A stretch of DNA of 62,592 nt from Basidiobolus meristosporus CBS 931.73. Its lineage: Eukaryota; Fungi; Basidiobolomycota. The notes under the pieces are model-generated. The model did no database searches. It was not told the DNA's origin and saw only the letters and a program-made list of their open reading frames with translations. The translations under genes and the position numbers were made by a program. Positions 10,163 through 24,500 of the stretch are shown here, in pieces (position 1 is the stretch's first letter; each line of letters opens with the position of its first letter). The DNA lies in assembly GCA_002104905.1 (NCBI GenBank), contig MCFE01000523.1, forward strand, positions 1 to 62,592, given 5' to 3'.

Positions 10163-13100
10163 ATTAGCTACTAGTGTTCCAATGATATTCCAACCATACT
10201 TTGTCAGCATTTGGCCAGTGCTTTTTCTTCATGCTTTTAGATGCAATTTTTGTTGGAAGTTGTTTGTTACTGATGACCAAGTTTTGTATGAGGACTGGTT
10301 GGCTTAATTACCTCATAGAAGATATGCCTGCATGTCTGCTAAATAGCTAGTATCTGAGATAATCAGGATTGTAAGTTTAGAGAAGCTTGGAATTTAGCAG
10401 ATATTATACTAGTATTCTACTGGCCTTTTATTAATTAATTTACTTGGGGTATGGTGTGGCAATGCAACTGCATTTGCTTGCTTTTCTATGGCTAACACTC
10501 TTCCTGCTATTGAATGTTTTCCTGATATGTGCTTAAAGTACACAATTGTACTTTCAACTTCACACACATGCTCTTGAGACCTTCCTATGCATAGTTAACT
10601 GTATATTCTACCACAGTTAAATAAGAGAGTAAACACAGGTTGTACATTCAATAGGTTGCTATGGGGGATTAGATGAACTATTTACTCTCCTGACTGTTTC
10701 TGGTATTTCCAAGTCTCCCACAATGCCACAATGTGTTCTACTGATAACAGTGTTGGCATTCTCTATATTACAGAGTTCTTGTTGAATCTTTTCAGCATTG
10801 GAAAACATTTGGAAGAGAAGTCCATATATCCAGCAGCTGTCTCATAACTTTTAATTAGCTAAAAGCTGTCAGGATTTATCTCCAGTGTCTTGAAGGTGTG
10901 CAATGAGTCAGCTTTGTCAAAGTTGTTCGCAAAAGGTTGCAAGAAGTTGCCAGCGGAGCCAAGGAGCTTTTGCATCCATATGCAAAATTCAGATTGTGAT
11001 TTGATGCACTAAGAAGCAAATGAATTTCCAATGTTGATTCACGTGTTGCACTTTGACATTGTACTTATGACTACCAAAATCATCCTGTTCCAATTGATAG
11101 GGTGTGGCTAAGCCCCAGTAAACATTTTGATCTTCGTTTTTCTGCGAGTTTATGCCGATATTCCTAGGCCTTCACTAGAGGCTTCTGATGGTACACCCAG
11201 GAAGCCAAGACGCCTAGTAGGAGAAACCCGAAAAGATGGAGTAGGTGGCTGATGTTGAAATGAATACTACGTAAACCGCCCGATGTCCAACTAATGGCGT
11301 ATTTAGATATCTTGCAGGTGCTCTGTGAAGATGAAACCTATAGTTCGCTTTTTATCCGGTCCACGGGGTTATTCTCTACAAGGCATCGATTGATAACTAA
11401 CCAGTGCATCAAATATGAAGGTGCATGCCAGATCATCAGCGGCATCATCCAGCAATGCTGCATTTGGCTCGATTGGTTACACAGCTGAAGTGGCCTGCAA
11501 GCATACTAGTGAGAATGAGACATGCCCCCGGATAAAATTGGATCTCAACACAGCTATCCCCACCTCGAATATTTCGGACCAATTCACGCTAGCCTATGGT
11601 GGCTTGTGGCACATGCAGTAGTAATCAAGAGTGAACTATTCATGATCAGAAGCAAATAAAACCCCTCCCTCGACTCTAATACCAACAGGATGGCACAGAG
11701 ATTCAGCGATCGCGGTCATTCGTGCCAATATTGCAAGACGCTGGCAAAAGAGTTGAAACGATTGTATCAGAGCCATCGGTGATGATCGGGAACCAACCCA
11801 ACGCCATCGAAGACACCTGGAATAAGACCCGGCCCACCTCAAGCTCAGAACCGCCTATGCCCCCTCTCCTCCAGCACCGAAATGTCCGAATGTTGGTCTT
11901 GGTGCCCAAAAAGAGTGTAGAGTGTTGCAGAATGAAGATCCGATGCGTGGCCGCCGCTTTCAGTGGATCGATCCATCTTGGGCAGCTGAGTACAAGAATC
12001 TCGGGATTCCAAGGGAACCGCGCCAACTCGATCAAAGATTCGCTCAAAGTGGACGAAAAAGGACTTCGTGAGGTGGTCTGGGCAGTTGCCATTCCTCCAG
12101 GGCGGAGAAGCCGACGAACAGCTGTAGCGAATTCCCAATCTTGGGCTTTGCCGAGACGGGGAAACACACCAATCGAGGTTACACGTATTTCAAATTCGAT
12201 TGCAAACTAATTACCGGCAACGAGGTGCATGCTCATTTTCCACCTTCGGGAATGCCAGGTCTCAGCTAGTGTTAGATGCAGGGAAGTCTCGCCCATCGTT
12301 TCGCGCCCTCTGCACACCGATCTGGAATCGCCCGGGGAACCTGGCTGCCACAGTGTCTAAGGAGTGCGATGGTGATGTGTCATTTGTAACGCCTCCTGAT
12401 CCCTTCATCCAAGCATTTGGAATCCACAAAGCCGAACCCTCCATCCAATCGACGTACACTGCGGCGGTGGGATCTCCAAGGTGGATGGAAACCAGGTTGA
12501 CGGCAATCGTGATCCTGCTTCCTACCCACATGTCGAGAAAGCATGGAGCGAGGCCATTTTCCAGCACAATTGCACAATCCAGAGCCGCCATATGGGGAGC
12601 GTTCAGATACACCACCTTCCTGTCTGGGAAGTGCTGAAGAAAGTGCGTGGGTTACATCTCAATCGAAGAGTCGTTGGGGAATACAGGCTAAACGATACTT
12701 ACGCGGAATGTCCACCTTAAGCCTAAGCAATGACAGTGGCCACCCGGTTGGATCAAGGTCAACTGTGAGCGGGATCCACTCATGATCAATTGCTTCCCTT
12801 GATTCATCAGGCAATCAGCTACGACAGTTGGGATTGGACGATCACCAGCCATCAATGGCTTTAAGTGGCCAAGATCTTGAGATGAGGCCGTAAGCGCATG
12901 CAGAGCCCCTTTCCATTGACTGATGATCATTCGCAGCAGAAGGATGCATAAGTGTAGCATCTCGACAGGTTCCTGGTATTTAGATGGAAAGCGCCTACTG
13001 GGCTGTGGGTTGAATTCTATTGACATGCAGTGCAAGGCCCTAGTTGATTGGCTTAACAGCGCCGCTTGCCCACTGAATATGCTTCGTCGGTTTACAGATG

Positions 13101-13582
13101 GATCTGAGTCGATCTAGCACACGCTGGCTGCATCACCTCCTATTCAGCCTAACACCTTGAACACAACCCGCTGCCGAGTTGAGACACGAGCCATTGTGGC
13201 TTCCTTGGTTATTGGTGGCGCTGTACAGCAGAGTGCGGCGAGGAAGGCTGCCGTGGGTAGTCAGGTAGGTGTGACCCAAGGAACAGGAAACCATGTGTTG
13301 CGCACTGAATAGGTAAATATTAATCTAAAATTAGGAACTACTCTTCTCCAATCTTAACCCTAGAAGTTGATTTTATTTGGTTACACATTAGGAGTTTTTA
13401 ACCCATTCCGGACCCACCTCTGTGTAGCATTTCCCCTCACTTCGCTTATATTCCGACCTTGCGCCTCGCTATCGCTTCAATTTCCTCTTGCTTTTCCTGG
13501 TGATTAGCGTTCGCTGTACTTCCCTAGTCCCCGTCCTAAACATCCCTCGCTATCCTTGACCCTCCTCTTCAACGGTGCCTTC

Positions 13583-14723
13583 ATGAGTCCCACACCGATA
13601 TTCGAAATACGTCTTCAAAGCGAGAAGATCACATTTAATGGCTCCATCTCCGAATCGGCTGGGGCAGTGTTGCAAGGCGTTCTGTATCTAAACATAATCG
13701 AACCGATCAAGGTACGCTCAGTGGAGCTTCGGTTCGAGGGGAAGATGAAGGTGTGCTGGGACGAAGGTAAGCCTAAGTGGAGGATGCATCGGCCAGCCGA
13801 TGACCTTTCGATTTCTTTTGCATCCATCCCCAAGGCCTTTCCAACTTAGACATTCTTCAACCTACTCAGTTCCAGGATTAAAGCATCACTCCCGTCTCGA
13901 GACCCGCCCTCTGCTAAACTACTCTTGGAGGTTCTTCGAGAGCACCAAGAAGTCGGGGGTCTTGGAGGCTGGCGAGTACGAGTATCCCTTCCAGATTGGT
14001 GTCCCAGGGAATCTACCGGAAACGGTGTGCACTGAGTACGGCCAGATAAAGTATAAATTAAAAGGGATCTTAACCAGACCTACGTTTTGCGCGAACTATC
14101 TAATTGAGAAAGAGATACCCATTCAACGATTTCTTGCCCCAAGCCTCAGGCTATACGAACCAGTGACTATAACGGAAACCTGGAAGGGCAAGTTGGCCTA
14201 TGAAGTGTATATCTCCTCGAAAACGTTTGGTCCGAGCGAATCCATCGACATAATCTTGCACGTGTTACGAATGGCTCCGGAGATCCAGCTGAAGAAGATC
14301 AGTTGCCTGCTCAAAGAGTACACCTACTATCGTTTCCCAGGGAAAAGTAGAAACAAACTCCAGACTCGTTGGGTCACTCGCAATACTATCACCACTTTCC
14401 ATGTGGATGAGAGCAACGAACAGTGCCCCTCTTGGGAGGGGATCGTTCCGTTAGAGGTGCCCCCTTTTGGTAAAGTACACTCGGACTGTAGGACAGAGTG
14501 GATACAAGTAAGACACAAGCTAAAGTGTAAGATTGAGTTTCAACTGAACGACAGTACGAAAGCAGTGTATGTATGCCTGCCCATTATGATCTCGTCAGGA
14601 TCCAGCCAGCAGCTGCTAACCAGCTTACCACGGTATGAGGAGTTAAGCGCGGATGTGGTGCTTTGCCCCATAGCTTACAATCCTCCTACATATGACACAC
14701 TATATTCAAGAGGAATCCAGTAG
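13583..14723 (+). CDS. Alpha-arrestin (ART-type Rsp5/Nedd4 adaptor); exons 13583-13766 and 13870-14723
   Basis: Arrestin-N (LQGVLYLNIIEPIKVRSVELRFEG; GEYEYPFQIGVPGNLPET; GQIKYKLKG) and arrestin-C (IQVRHKLKCKI). C-terminal LPRY and PPTY PY motifs. GTAAGC..CAG intron keeps the frame. Confidence 0.9.
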
Positions 14724-15633
14724 CCCTCCGTTGCTTCCTTTGTATCCCCTTTTACCCAATCTTTACGACGAGATATCCAAAGCTTCGATACAAAAGCAAT
14801 AAACCATCCATGAGACGCTGCCCACTCGATCGATGAGGACATCGATCAGCGTGGATCACGTGGATATTGTGAAGCTGACGACGAGCCAGAGATATAGCAT
14901 TTGAACGAACATGAACTCCCCTAGACCAATGTTTTGGGGCAACAGCTGATTTCCAATAATTTGTGCAACGAGGGCCATCGATGTTCCACATTGGTTGATG
15001 TTTGTCGGATTACTGGGTGAAACAAGCAGAGCTGAGCCAGTCAGGTTGACTTCCTTCAATCATGCTCAACACCATCGTGGCGATCGACTCCCTAGAATGG
15101 AGAGAAGCAACCCACCTCTACAGCATAATCCCAGTCTCACAATACAGCAACCACTTGTGGAATCCTGGGTTACAAGGAAAGCAAAGCCGCTGTGGTTTCC
15201 ACCGCTGCATGTTGGCACAGCCACAAGGAGAAGTAACGAGAAAGGGCACTGTGCGTAGGGTCGATTTATACCGAAATGCACCCATCATACTTGCTTCGCT
15301 ACATAGGTGTTCGGCAACAGCCAGCAAAATCTATTGGCGTTTGATGAATGGATAAATGGTATTGTTCCATTGATTTAGTATTTATATACGGAATCGAGCC
15401 GGTTGCCATGATCCATTCAGTTCTTGTACAGCTGGTTGGGCGCGCCCAAATAGGAAGTCCACGAAATGATCTTCGCTGAAACCTAACTTGACTGACCACA
15501 TAAGAATACGTAAAACATCGTAGTCAGCTGTCCCATTGCGATATCATTGTCTGTCCAAAGCAGCTGTTATAGGCAGGCTAGATACGAGCAGGTGCAGTAT
15601 ATAAAAGGGGGATGATGCTTTGCACACAGACGT

Positions 15634-17559
15634 ATGCTCATCCAAGTACTCCACATCCTGGAGCCCTGGCTCCCCCTCGCCCTCTCTTGCTACATTATCT
15701 ATGCCGTAAGTTCTCGATTGAGCCACTTGTTGTCACCCCTGCCTGATTAATCTGTCTGCAGCTTTCCGAACGACTTCGATGCCCCACGCTGAGAATCCCT
15801 GGGCCAATTCTGGCCAAGTTAACCCCGCTTTATTATTACTACTTTACCTGTATTGGAACCCACCACCAAAAATGCCTGGAATGGCACAAGAAATATGGGC
15901 CCGTTGTTTTGATAGGTATGTTCACTGAGATCGGTTGGGCCGCGCCTCTATTTAACCCTTCTCAGCCCCTAATACTGTTAGCATTAATGATGTCGAGGTG
16001 ATGAGAGAGATATATGGCTCGATTGAATATGTCAAGGATCCAGAGTTTTACAAGATGTTTGGCGAAAATCAGTCCAGCACTTTTAATACTTCGTCAGTAT
16101 CTCGACCGCCCCTCACCTTGCTCTATTCAGCATACTAATGTTTAGTTGTGGGTTCTAGGGACGTTGCGTTCCACAAGAAGCGGGTAAGGCAGTCCATCAT
16201 TTCTCATCCTATTCGGCTGCTCACCCTTCATAAGAAACGTATCATTGCACCGGCCTTCAGTCAAGCTTATTTCAGTAGTATGGAGCCCCTGGTGTGGCAG
16301 TCGGGTGTAAGCGCTCTGATGCACAAGTTCCAGAAGTCGGCTGAATCTAAGGCGATTGTTAATCTTCACTCGGAGTTTCACTACATGGCATTTGTAAGTG
16401 ATGCCATTGATTCCATTGATCATCCCAATCGCCCAACATGCTCACTGCTTCCCAGGACATAATTGGGGAATTGGCGTTTGGAAAATCGTTCCATCTGATT
16501 GAGAATGCGGATCACCCTATACTTGGCTGGATTAAGGATTCTGATATCAGGCTAACGCTGGTAGAGTAGTTGGCGCTTATCCCTGCTGCTTGAAAACTTT
16601 CAACTGAGCGGAATCTCTCCTGTAGCGCATTTTGTTCCCGATCTTGAGATACCTGGAGCCCCCGGTATCCATCTTTAAAAGGGGCAAGCAAGCGGCAAAG
16701 AATATTGGCGAGGTACTCCCAATCCCATTGTTTGTGAGTGCTTCCATTAAACATCCTCCTATGACAACAGTTCGGCTTGAATGCTCAAAGAGAGCGTAGG
16801 AAAATGAACATCGCTCGTAGAGATATCTTTCAACTGATGTCTGAAGCCAGCGACCCTGACACCGGAGAAAAGCTTACCGAAATGGAGCTTTTGGGTGAGA
16901 GCTTGTCTCAAATGTAAGTGTGTTTGTTGGCGTCCACCAGAGTTATTTCGTTAATCATATGGGGTAGCTTTGCTGGCACAGACACAATTAGCAATACTCT
17001 GACATGGGCCGCCTATCTGCTATCTAAAAATCCCAATGCCACTCGAAAGCTCACCGAGGAACTGGATGGTGCGCTTCCAGAGAATCAAGCGAAGATTCTA
17101 GATAGTGCCTTGCAGCAATTGCCGTACCTTGAAGCAGTTATTTTGGAAACCTTTCGTTGTCTTCCGACCGTTCCGATTGGGCTTCCAAGAGTCGTTCCCA
17201 AAGGAGGGAAAAACATGAAAGGCTACTTCCTCCCTGGCGGAACGATTGTTTCGGTCCCTATCAATTGCCTTCACTCTGATCCGAAAGTCTTCCCTGACCC
17301 AGAGAGGTTTCAGCCTGAGAGATGGCTAGTGGAAGACACAAAGTTGATGAAGAGACATCTGATTCCATTTTCATATGGAAGCAGGAGCTGCATTGGTAGA
17401 CATATCGCCATGATGGAGCTAAGGCTCACATTGGCTTCCTTGTACAGGCGATTTAACGTTCAGGCGGTGCCAAATCAGATAGTGGAGGATCGAGTACGGC
17501 TTTTGATATTGAAGCCGAAAGAAACCGCCTTCAATGTTCATTTGGAAACCCGGAATTGA
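15634..17559 (+). CDS. Cytochrome P450, multi-exon (microsomal, CYP53-clan-like)
   Basis: N-terminal TM anchor, RIPGP and HKKYGPVV. I-helix AGTDT, ETFR (ExxR), PERF/PERW and heme motif PFSYGSRSCIG. About 8 GT-AG introns can be joined in frame by eye. Confidence 0.93.
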
Positions 17560-17868
17560 CGGCACTTGTGTACACGTTAGTATACTCCTGCCCATTAAGC
17601 ATCAACCTTGAACACACCCTTCAACAACTTTTATGGGTTTTCGAACAAGGGCCATTTTTCCACCTGATGCAACCACAACGGATCTCCAATTTTGATGTGT
17701 TTGATTTATTATTGAGTGATTAAATATGAAAATTAGCTGACATGTTTAGCGCTGTCGCAACTCATGCAAGCAGAAATCTGTCTTGAACACTGAAATTATC
17801 GATATTCTAACGTGCAGGCCACAAGTGGCGTTTCATTATCCAAAGCAAGAGAGATCTTCCGGGCAACA

Positions 17869-19057
17869 TTAGACCAAACTACAGATAGTGAGACTTCTCA
17901 TTTGACTCAGCACCTCGTCGATTCTTCCGTCGATGTGAATTTGAGCCTGTGGTGGTGGAAATTCCTGGCTGATGGCTGCCAATCGCCCATAAGCATCTTT
18001 AGCAAAGGTGTACTGCGCTTTGATCATGGCCTCGAACCCAGGGTCAATCACGTCCACCCTGCTATCTATGAGAGTGGGTATGATGTCAAGCAGCTGCTGA
18101 TTGATTACTTCGTATATCTCTCGAGCTTGGTTGGCAATGCCTTCGGTCTAAAGACATATATGTTACCGGTGGCTTCTTGGCGATGAATGAGGAGCAGCTG
18201 CCTACCTGAACAATCCGATCGTCGGCGGACTTATCTACCATCTTGCGGACTTTGGCACGCTGAGAATCATAATCGAGGAGCTTGCGACTACGTTTCTTTA
18301 TGCTCTTGTCGATTTCAGAGAAGTAACTACAATAACGTCCAAGAGGCTCTAATACAGCCTTTTCGAAATCATCACCCTACACTCCATTGTCAGCACTGGA
18401 CTGAGGCCGGCTAGGTTCTTTCATACTGACCAACTTATCCTTGGAATCTGCTTCGAGGCCCTCGACAGCCTGTAAATAACGGCGAGCACTCCCTGATAGC
18501 TCGCCAGTGCCGTCAGAGAACTCCGAAATGGATTTGGCAATATCAATCTGGGCGAGGGTCATGACTATGAACAAGGCATGGGTTAGTTACAAAATCGTGC
18601 CCGTCTCGCTCAAAGCAAGAAACAACCTTTGATCGCCTCTGTATATCCTCTGGCTTGGCGGTAAAGATCCTCGGCTTTGGTTTCAAGACTAGAAGGGAGA
18701 AGACTGAATCAGTACTGTTTCTTAGACAGTGGGGTGCCGAAACTCCGAACTTTCTAAAGCGTCGCTCTTCCTCATTGTATTTGTTATCGACCTGGGGAGT
18801 AAATGGAATTAGAGCAACCACGAAGTTGAAAGAACTTGACAGGGGTAAATACCGTTTTTTCGACGGAACCTGTCTTCTGACGAATCTGGAGAAGAATATT
18901 GCTTAATCAAAGAATGGTAAGGAAGAAAAAGGCCAAGAATATTTACAGTGGTCCCGGCACGATCAACAGCCTTTTTGAAACCAACCCTACAATGGCAGTA
19001 AACGACTGTTAGGTTTTACCCCGACGAGAAGAATTGGTAGGAAGCAAACCAGCTCAT
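17869..19057 (-). CDS. RVS161: N-BAR amphiphysin Rvs161/Hob3, multi-exon
   Basis: Spliced reading gives MSWVGFKKAVDRAGTT..VDNKYNEEERRF..VLEPLGRYCSYF..IKKRSRKLLDYD..RVDVIDPGFEAMIKAQ..IDEVLSQMRSLTIC, collinear with Rvs161 along its length. Confidence 0.9.
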
Positions 19058-21533
19058 GTTTACTAGCACTCGATAGAGAATAAGGTAGATGAGCTAGTGC
19101 TAGAAGCTATAGCGGATCAGAGCACATGTATTCGTTGGGAAATGATTGGAACGTTGCGATTGTATTTATTTTTTCCATAGATTTGTAATGATGTAATGCA
19201 AAGGTGCTTCAATGTATCACAGCCATGAAATATTTTGCCGTAGATAGCAGTTTGAAGGCCCATGGTGGGAATTAATCGTATATGGTTCAATGTTTGATTT
19301 TGTTTATAAAAAAGCAAATAGTTGTATCGTGTCTTAATTCTGGTTGCTCAACGGAGTAAATGAGCAAGCAGACTCAAAGACCGAATTGATATGGAAAGGT
19401 TTTCCCCGATTTCCCTAATGGGAAATGGAAGCGAGCGACTGCAGATCATGACAAGTTGTTCTCTACTATTCAGCATCACCCTTTCATGATGTAGCCCTGA
19501 TCCGGCTGGAACAATATCACCACAGTCCGCTCGTCTAAGAGCTTATGGGATGTAGTCAACATCGCGCTCATACCTGATTTTTCTGCTGATCAGGATATTA
19601 CAGGCACTGCATGTTCCACACACAAGTGATCAATTTAACCAGTGCAACACGCCAGATTTCCACATTAGTCGATCTTACCATACTACGAAAAATCGGTGCG
19701 AATACCCGTAGAGCCACACGCTGCCCAACAGACAATAGAGCTGCAACTCTACCGATAAATAGACAGGCGTACAACCTCTCTTGAAGCAAAGCATATCCGC
19801 ATTATGTGGCATGCTGCCTCGAAGAAATATCCGGTCAATTGGAAATATCATGCATCCTCCATTGCGGCTTTGTTGCCGAGGAAAACATGCAAGCGGGAAA
19901 ACAAATAGACAGCGACAATCCGACAACCAGGTGTTTGTTTGAAGCGAATGCATGCTCTACTTCTTTGCTTAGATTAGCCCTCTTGCCAACATATTACATA
20001 CACACAATGGAATCTCCACCACATGAACAATGCGTGCACAAAGTTAACACCGAATCTCACCATCAGATCACACTTCATAGGTGCATAGCTGGACACCGTA
20101 CTGCAGTGTTGAGGAATGTGAACCTCACATTCAAGTACAGACAATCCAAGAACAATGTGTCATCCAATACCGGAGGTAGATCTAGAATAAAGAGCAATAA
20201 ATGCAATCTAGCCTAGGCTCGTAGATTATGGACTTCAGCAGTTGGCTGTGGTAGTACTACGGAAGCTGCATCCCCAAAATATACCTGTGAACAGCGACTA
20301 ATCATGAGGTCCCCGTCGAGCATTTCCTAACCTGCCTCGGATACCTCCCCCACAAACAACTCGCCGCTCGCAGCAGCCCGCCTTACAAGCCCAAACCATG
20401 GAAAACCAATCCCGCTGCCCATCCGCCTTGTCGAATGTTGATTGATTTGTCTCCATTATCGTGGATCAAGCATCCACAAAATTAAATACGGGAATTGTCA
20501 CAGTATGAATGGAACCAAGTGCAGGCCACTCTTGTTACTGGTTGCAAACTGGGGGCTGTAGATATGTGATTTATATCCAATTAAAGTAGCAAACGATATT
20601 ATTTGTCAATAATATCATTATTATCATACATGTGCCATTTAGTTTGTTCTTTTAAATCGCTTGTGAGATGAAGTGGATTACAAAACTAAATACAAAGCTT
20701 GAATTTTTCGTTAATTTCCTGTATTACACAGCTCCAACCACTACACCATCTCCATACCCCTTTCTATTCTCACCCTTTTCAATTCTTTAAACCCCTCTGC
20801 TCTTTTTCATATTATTTATTGTCCGACTTTTATTCCTTATTCAGTTTCCTCTTTTTCCATTCTCTTTGAGACCACTTTGCTACCTCTAACCAGCAACCGC
20901 AAACGTTTCGTTGCCCGATAAACCGCTTACATCTTCATATTTGTACCAACCATCTTACCAGAAAGAAGGAAACTGAGAAAGAAAGGCTTAAACAACGGTC
21001 AATAAACATAACGCAGTAGCAACCACCCGACAACCACCAATACCCAACTAACTCACTCCTGGACTTTGAATCAAGTTAACCCACCGAGCCTCCTAGATTT
21101 CGAAAATTTCCTATTCTACCCTAACTGTGTTCAAAAAGTAGATTCACTCAAGTTGAAAAGTACGTGGTTTTTTGCTCTACTTCCGGTTCATCCTCAGTGC
21201 ACCTCGCCTCTTCCGTCTCCCAAGAACCTAACTCACACCTTCACTCTTCTAGTCTTCTACCTCTAGAAAACTCTACGAACTTTCCGAATCGCAGTCCACA
21301 TAACAAAAGCTGCAAGATCTTCTCAGTATGTCTGGGTATTTGTTTGGCAAACTGTGAGTTAAGATCTAGCATACAGCTAAAAGAATACAAAGAGCAGTTT
21401 GCTTCCCGCTTTTGGCTGATACTTGGGTTCCCGTAATAAGTATTAACGTTCAAGAGAAGAAACTCCACATAATCCGCCCCTTTCACTTCCACTTCCACTC
21501 CCACTACTACTCTCATTATATACCATACCTATC

Positions 21534-24500
21534 ATGTTCGCACCACCACTATCATCCCCCATCGCCAATTGGACTGACCTTCGCCGTCTGTACTACAGCG
21601 AAAACTACCAACGCCAAAAAGATATCCGCGAGGTCCAGCAGCTTCGGAACCAAAACCTAGCCTTGAAGCTGGCCACTCGAAAGTACTATCTGTTAGACGA
21701 CGCACTCGATCATCTTTACCAACTGTATAAGCATGAAGCGAAGAGCGAATTCGCCTCCATATACACTGCCAAATATGTTCACCTCGAGAAGTCGGTCATG
21801 GAAAGGGCATTGTCTAGCTCTCGCCACTCTAGCTTCACAGAATCCATCTCCTCACAAAGCACTCAGACTCTGCTTAGATTCATTGAAAAATTGAGGGACC
21901 AGCCTCAATTCATCGCCGGTATTCTCAGTGCACTCTCCAACGAGGAGCTTGAAAACCTGGTCAAGGCGGACAAAGCGTTAGCCAAGTCTACCGTCATCGA
22001 CCTGTTTATCTTCGTTCTCTACGGGTCCCCCGGGTTCGAGAAAGAGGAGTCCTTACGAAGGGGGCTTTGGAAAACCGTGTTCATCTCACTGATAAAAGAG
22101 AAGAAAGGGGAGAAGTTCATGCTTGACGTGCTTGACAAGTATGTCAGACTCACAGACTGGAGTTCGAAGGGTGTATTAGAGATTCAACTGATGCGAATTT
22201 TACGACGGAGCGAGACACTACTAGCCAACGAAAGCGAGGAGGAAACCCATTCCGTCTTCGGTCGGAGTAGTGGAGCCTCAGGCTCAGCGAGGTCTGCCGA
22301 TATGAGCACCTTTTTAGATAAATCCTGCATTGATATCCTTAGTATTCTCGAACAATATATTCCAACCTGTATATTATCCCTTTCCCGGGCTATTCTCGAA
22401 GAGTTGCCCGAGCAATTTCACCATAACGCTTCGTTATTTTTGATCGTGAAGTTCTTTTTTTACCGGTTTCTGGCCCGTGCCATCACGTACCCTGAGGTAT
22501 TTATCGCATGAGCTTGTCCTCTTCCGAAGACGTACTAACGAACATGCACCGTCCAAACGTAGTATTATGGGATGCTGGACGATTACTATTTCTCGGAGAA
22601 GCAGCGGCAGAGGATTTTGTTTCCAGTTCATCAAAGACTGTACAGCTATGTGACTAGATTTACCAATATATCTCCTGGATGGTAACTGATAGGCGCCCCT
22701 GAGACCTTGTATCTATTCCAGTGACTGAATTTCCGCTTATGTTAGGTCGAGATCTTCTGAAATGGACAACAAGATTCGGCATCTGGTGGAAAAAATAGTC
22801 TCTAGATTTTCCCCCCCTCAGTTGAATGAACTCAACCAGCCCAAAGCCTCAGGTAACCCGAGTTGCGCGCATCTTTGTTTTTCCGACTGCTCACCGCTTC
22901 ATTGAAAGATCCCGCCTCCGCATTTGCTCCTGTCTTCCATTTGCGCCCAGCGGTAGAAGCAGTCTATCCACCGACTGACATATTTTCCAACGTCACTCCT
23001 ACCATCGTCTTGTGCCCAAGTGATATAATCCACTTGGTTGACTTCGTGTCGCAGCACAAGCACGGTGCCGAGCCTCCCTCCACCACCAAGTCGGCCCAGT
23101 CCAACGGGAAGAGCTCGCAGGATTCACTCGACTCGTTGATTGCCCAGATGAGAAAGGTAGTGGACGAGCTTCGACATGTCGCTAGCGATTCCTGGTCCTT
23201 GTTCTATGTGAGTGCTACTGTTGCCGGAATAACGCTTAAGGATCCCAGTATGGAGATTGACGAGAGCTTGGATTTCCTGACTACCTCATTGGCTTCTTCG
23301 TCGTTAGTCTCGCCTACCTCGGAGCAGGATGACGCAAAGGGCCAACCCGAAATACCTGAGAGTGTCCGAACCATTGGCAACGCCATCCTTCGAGTAATCA
23401 GCACTTATGACGGGAGATACTATTCTCCAGGGACTCTATCGGACCGTAGTGGATCTCCGATGGATATATCTATTCAGCAACTGCTAGATGCGGGCATCCA
23501 TGCAGCCAGATTTTCGTGTAATTTAAGTGAGGCAACCAACTACCAACATGCAAGAAATCTACTGGATACATTGCCCGACTTCTATCGTAAAGACAACTAT
23601 ACAGAGCTCATTCAATGCACGGCACGCTCTTTTGGGCAGCAACAGGAATACCGGAAGGTGAAGCGGCAGTTACGAGAATGTTGGGGGGCTTACATCCATG
23701 AGTACGAGAACCGACTTCGATCGGCGTTGAGTAAGAAAGAGTACCGATTTTCTTGCCTGAGATTGCGGATGTTTTATACATCGTTTCGCAACACCAGGCA
23801 GTTCGAGCGGTCTAGACACACTTTAACCGAGATCTCCTCCAAACACACCTCCGATGAAAGCGACCAGTCCGAGGTAAAGAAATATCTTCAAGACAAAGGG
23901 ATTCATAACTTCATGTTGGGCGAGGAGCGCTTTCACCGATTCTGCATGGAGATTGAAGCGTTGAAGACAAGCGCCATGGTGGCTTTGTGGTGTAGCGAAT
24001 TGTACACCAAGGAAGCCGCTCTCCACTCACATCAAAACCGTAAAACACACGGAGGCAACGGCCTAAGTCGATCTGGCTCTTTGTCTTTTTACGCTGGTAG
24101 CAAATCATTCGTTCGCCGCGCAGTTCAACCTAGCTACCAACGCAAGAAGAGCATCCCTTCCTCGCCCTCTTCGCTGGGTAGAAACTCCACCTCCGGCACA
24201 GCGTCCAACCTTGGGCAAGAGCCGAAGGGCCAGTATTGGGCCAATGATACAGCGTATCACAATCTGACCGGAGGGGACTTTGCGCTTATCATGCAAATGA
24301 AATTGCTCGGGTTTATTCTGAGTGACTTCAACTATTTGTACAAATACACTGAAACCGACGGATGGTTTAACGAGTTTTTGAGTGCAAATGAGCCGTCTAG
24401 CGAAGAGTACGAATCGAATCCCAACCCTCAATACACGTCGCCTTATCCGGGAATCGCACATTGCTACGCCGATGACGAGCAACGCCACGCCTATCCGCTA

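Noticed and set aside
1-10800. Classical RIP as the cause of TE decay
   Set aside because: CpA/TpG remain abundant and TpA is not conspicuously inflated. The depletion is CpG-specific.
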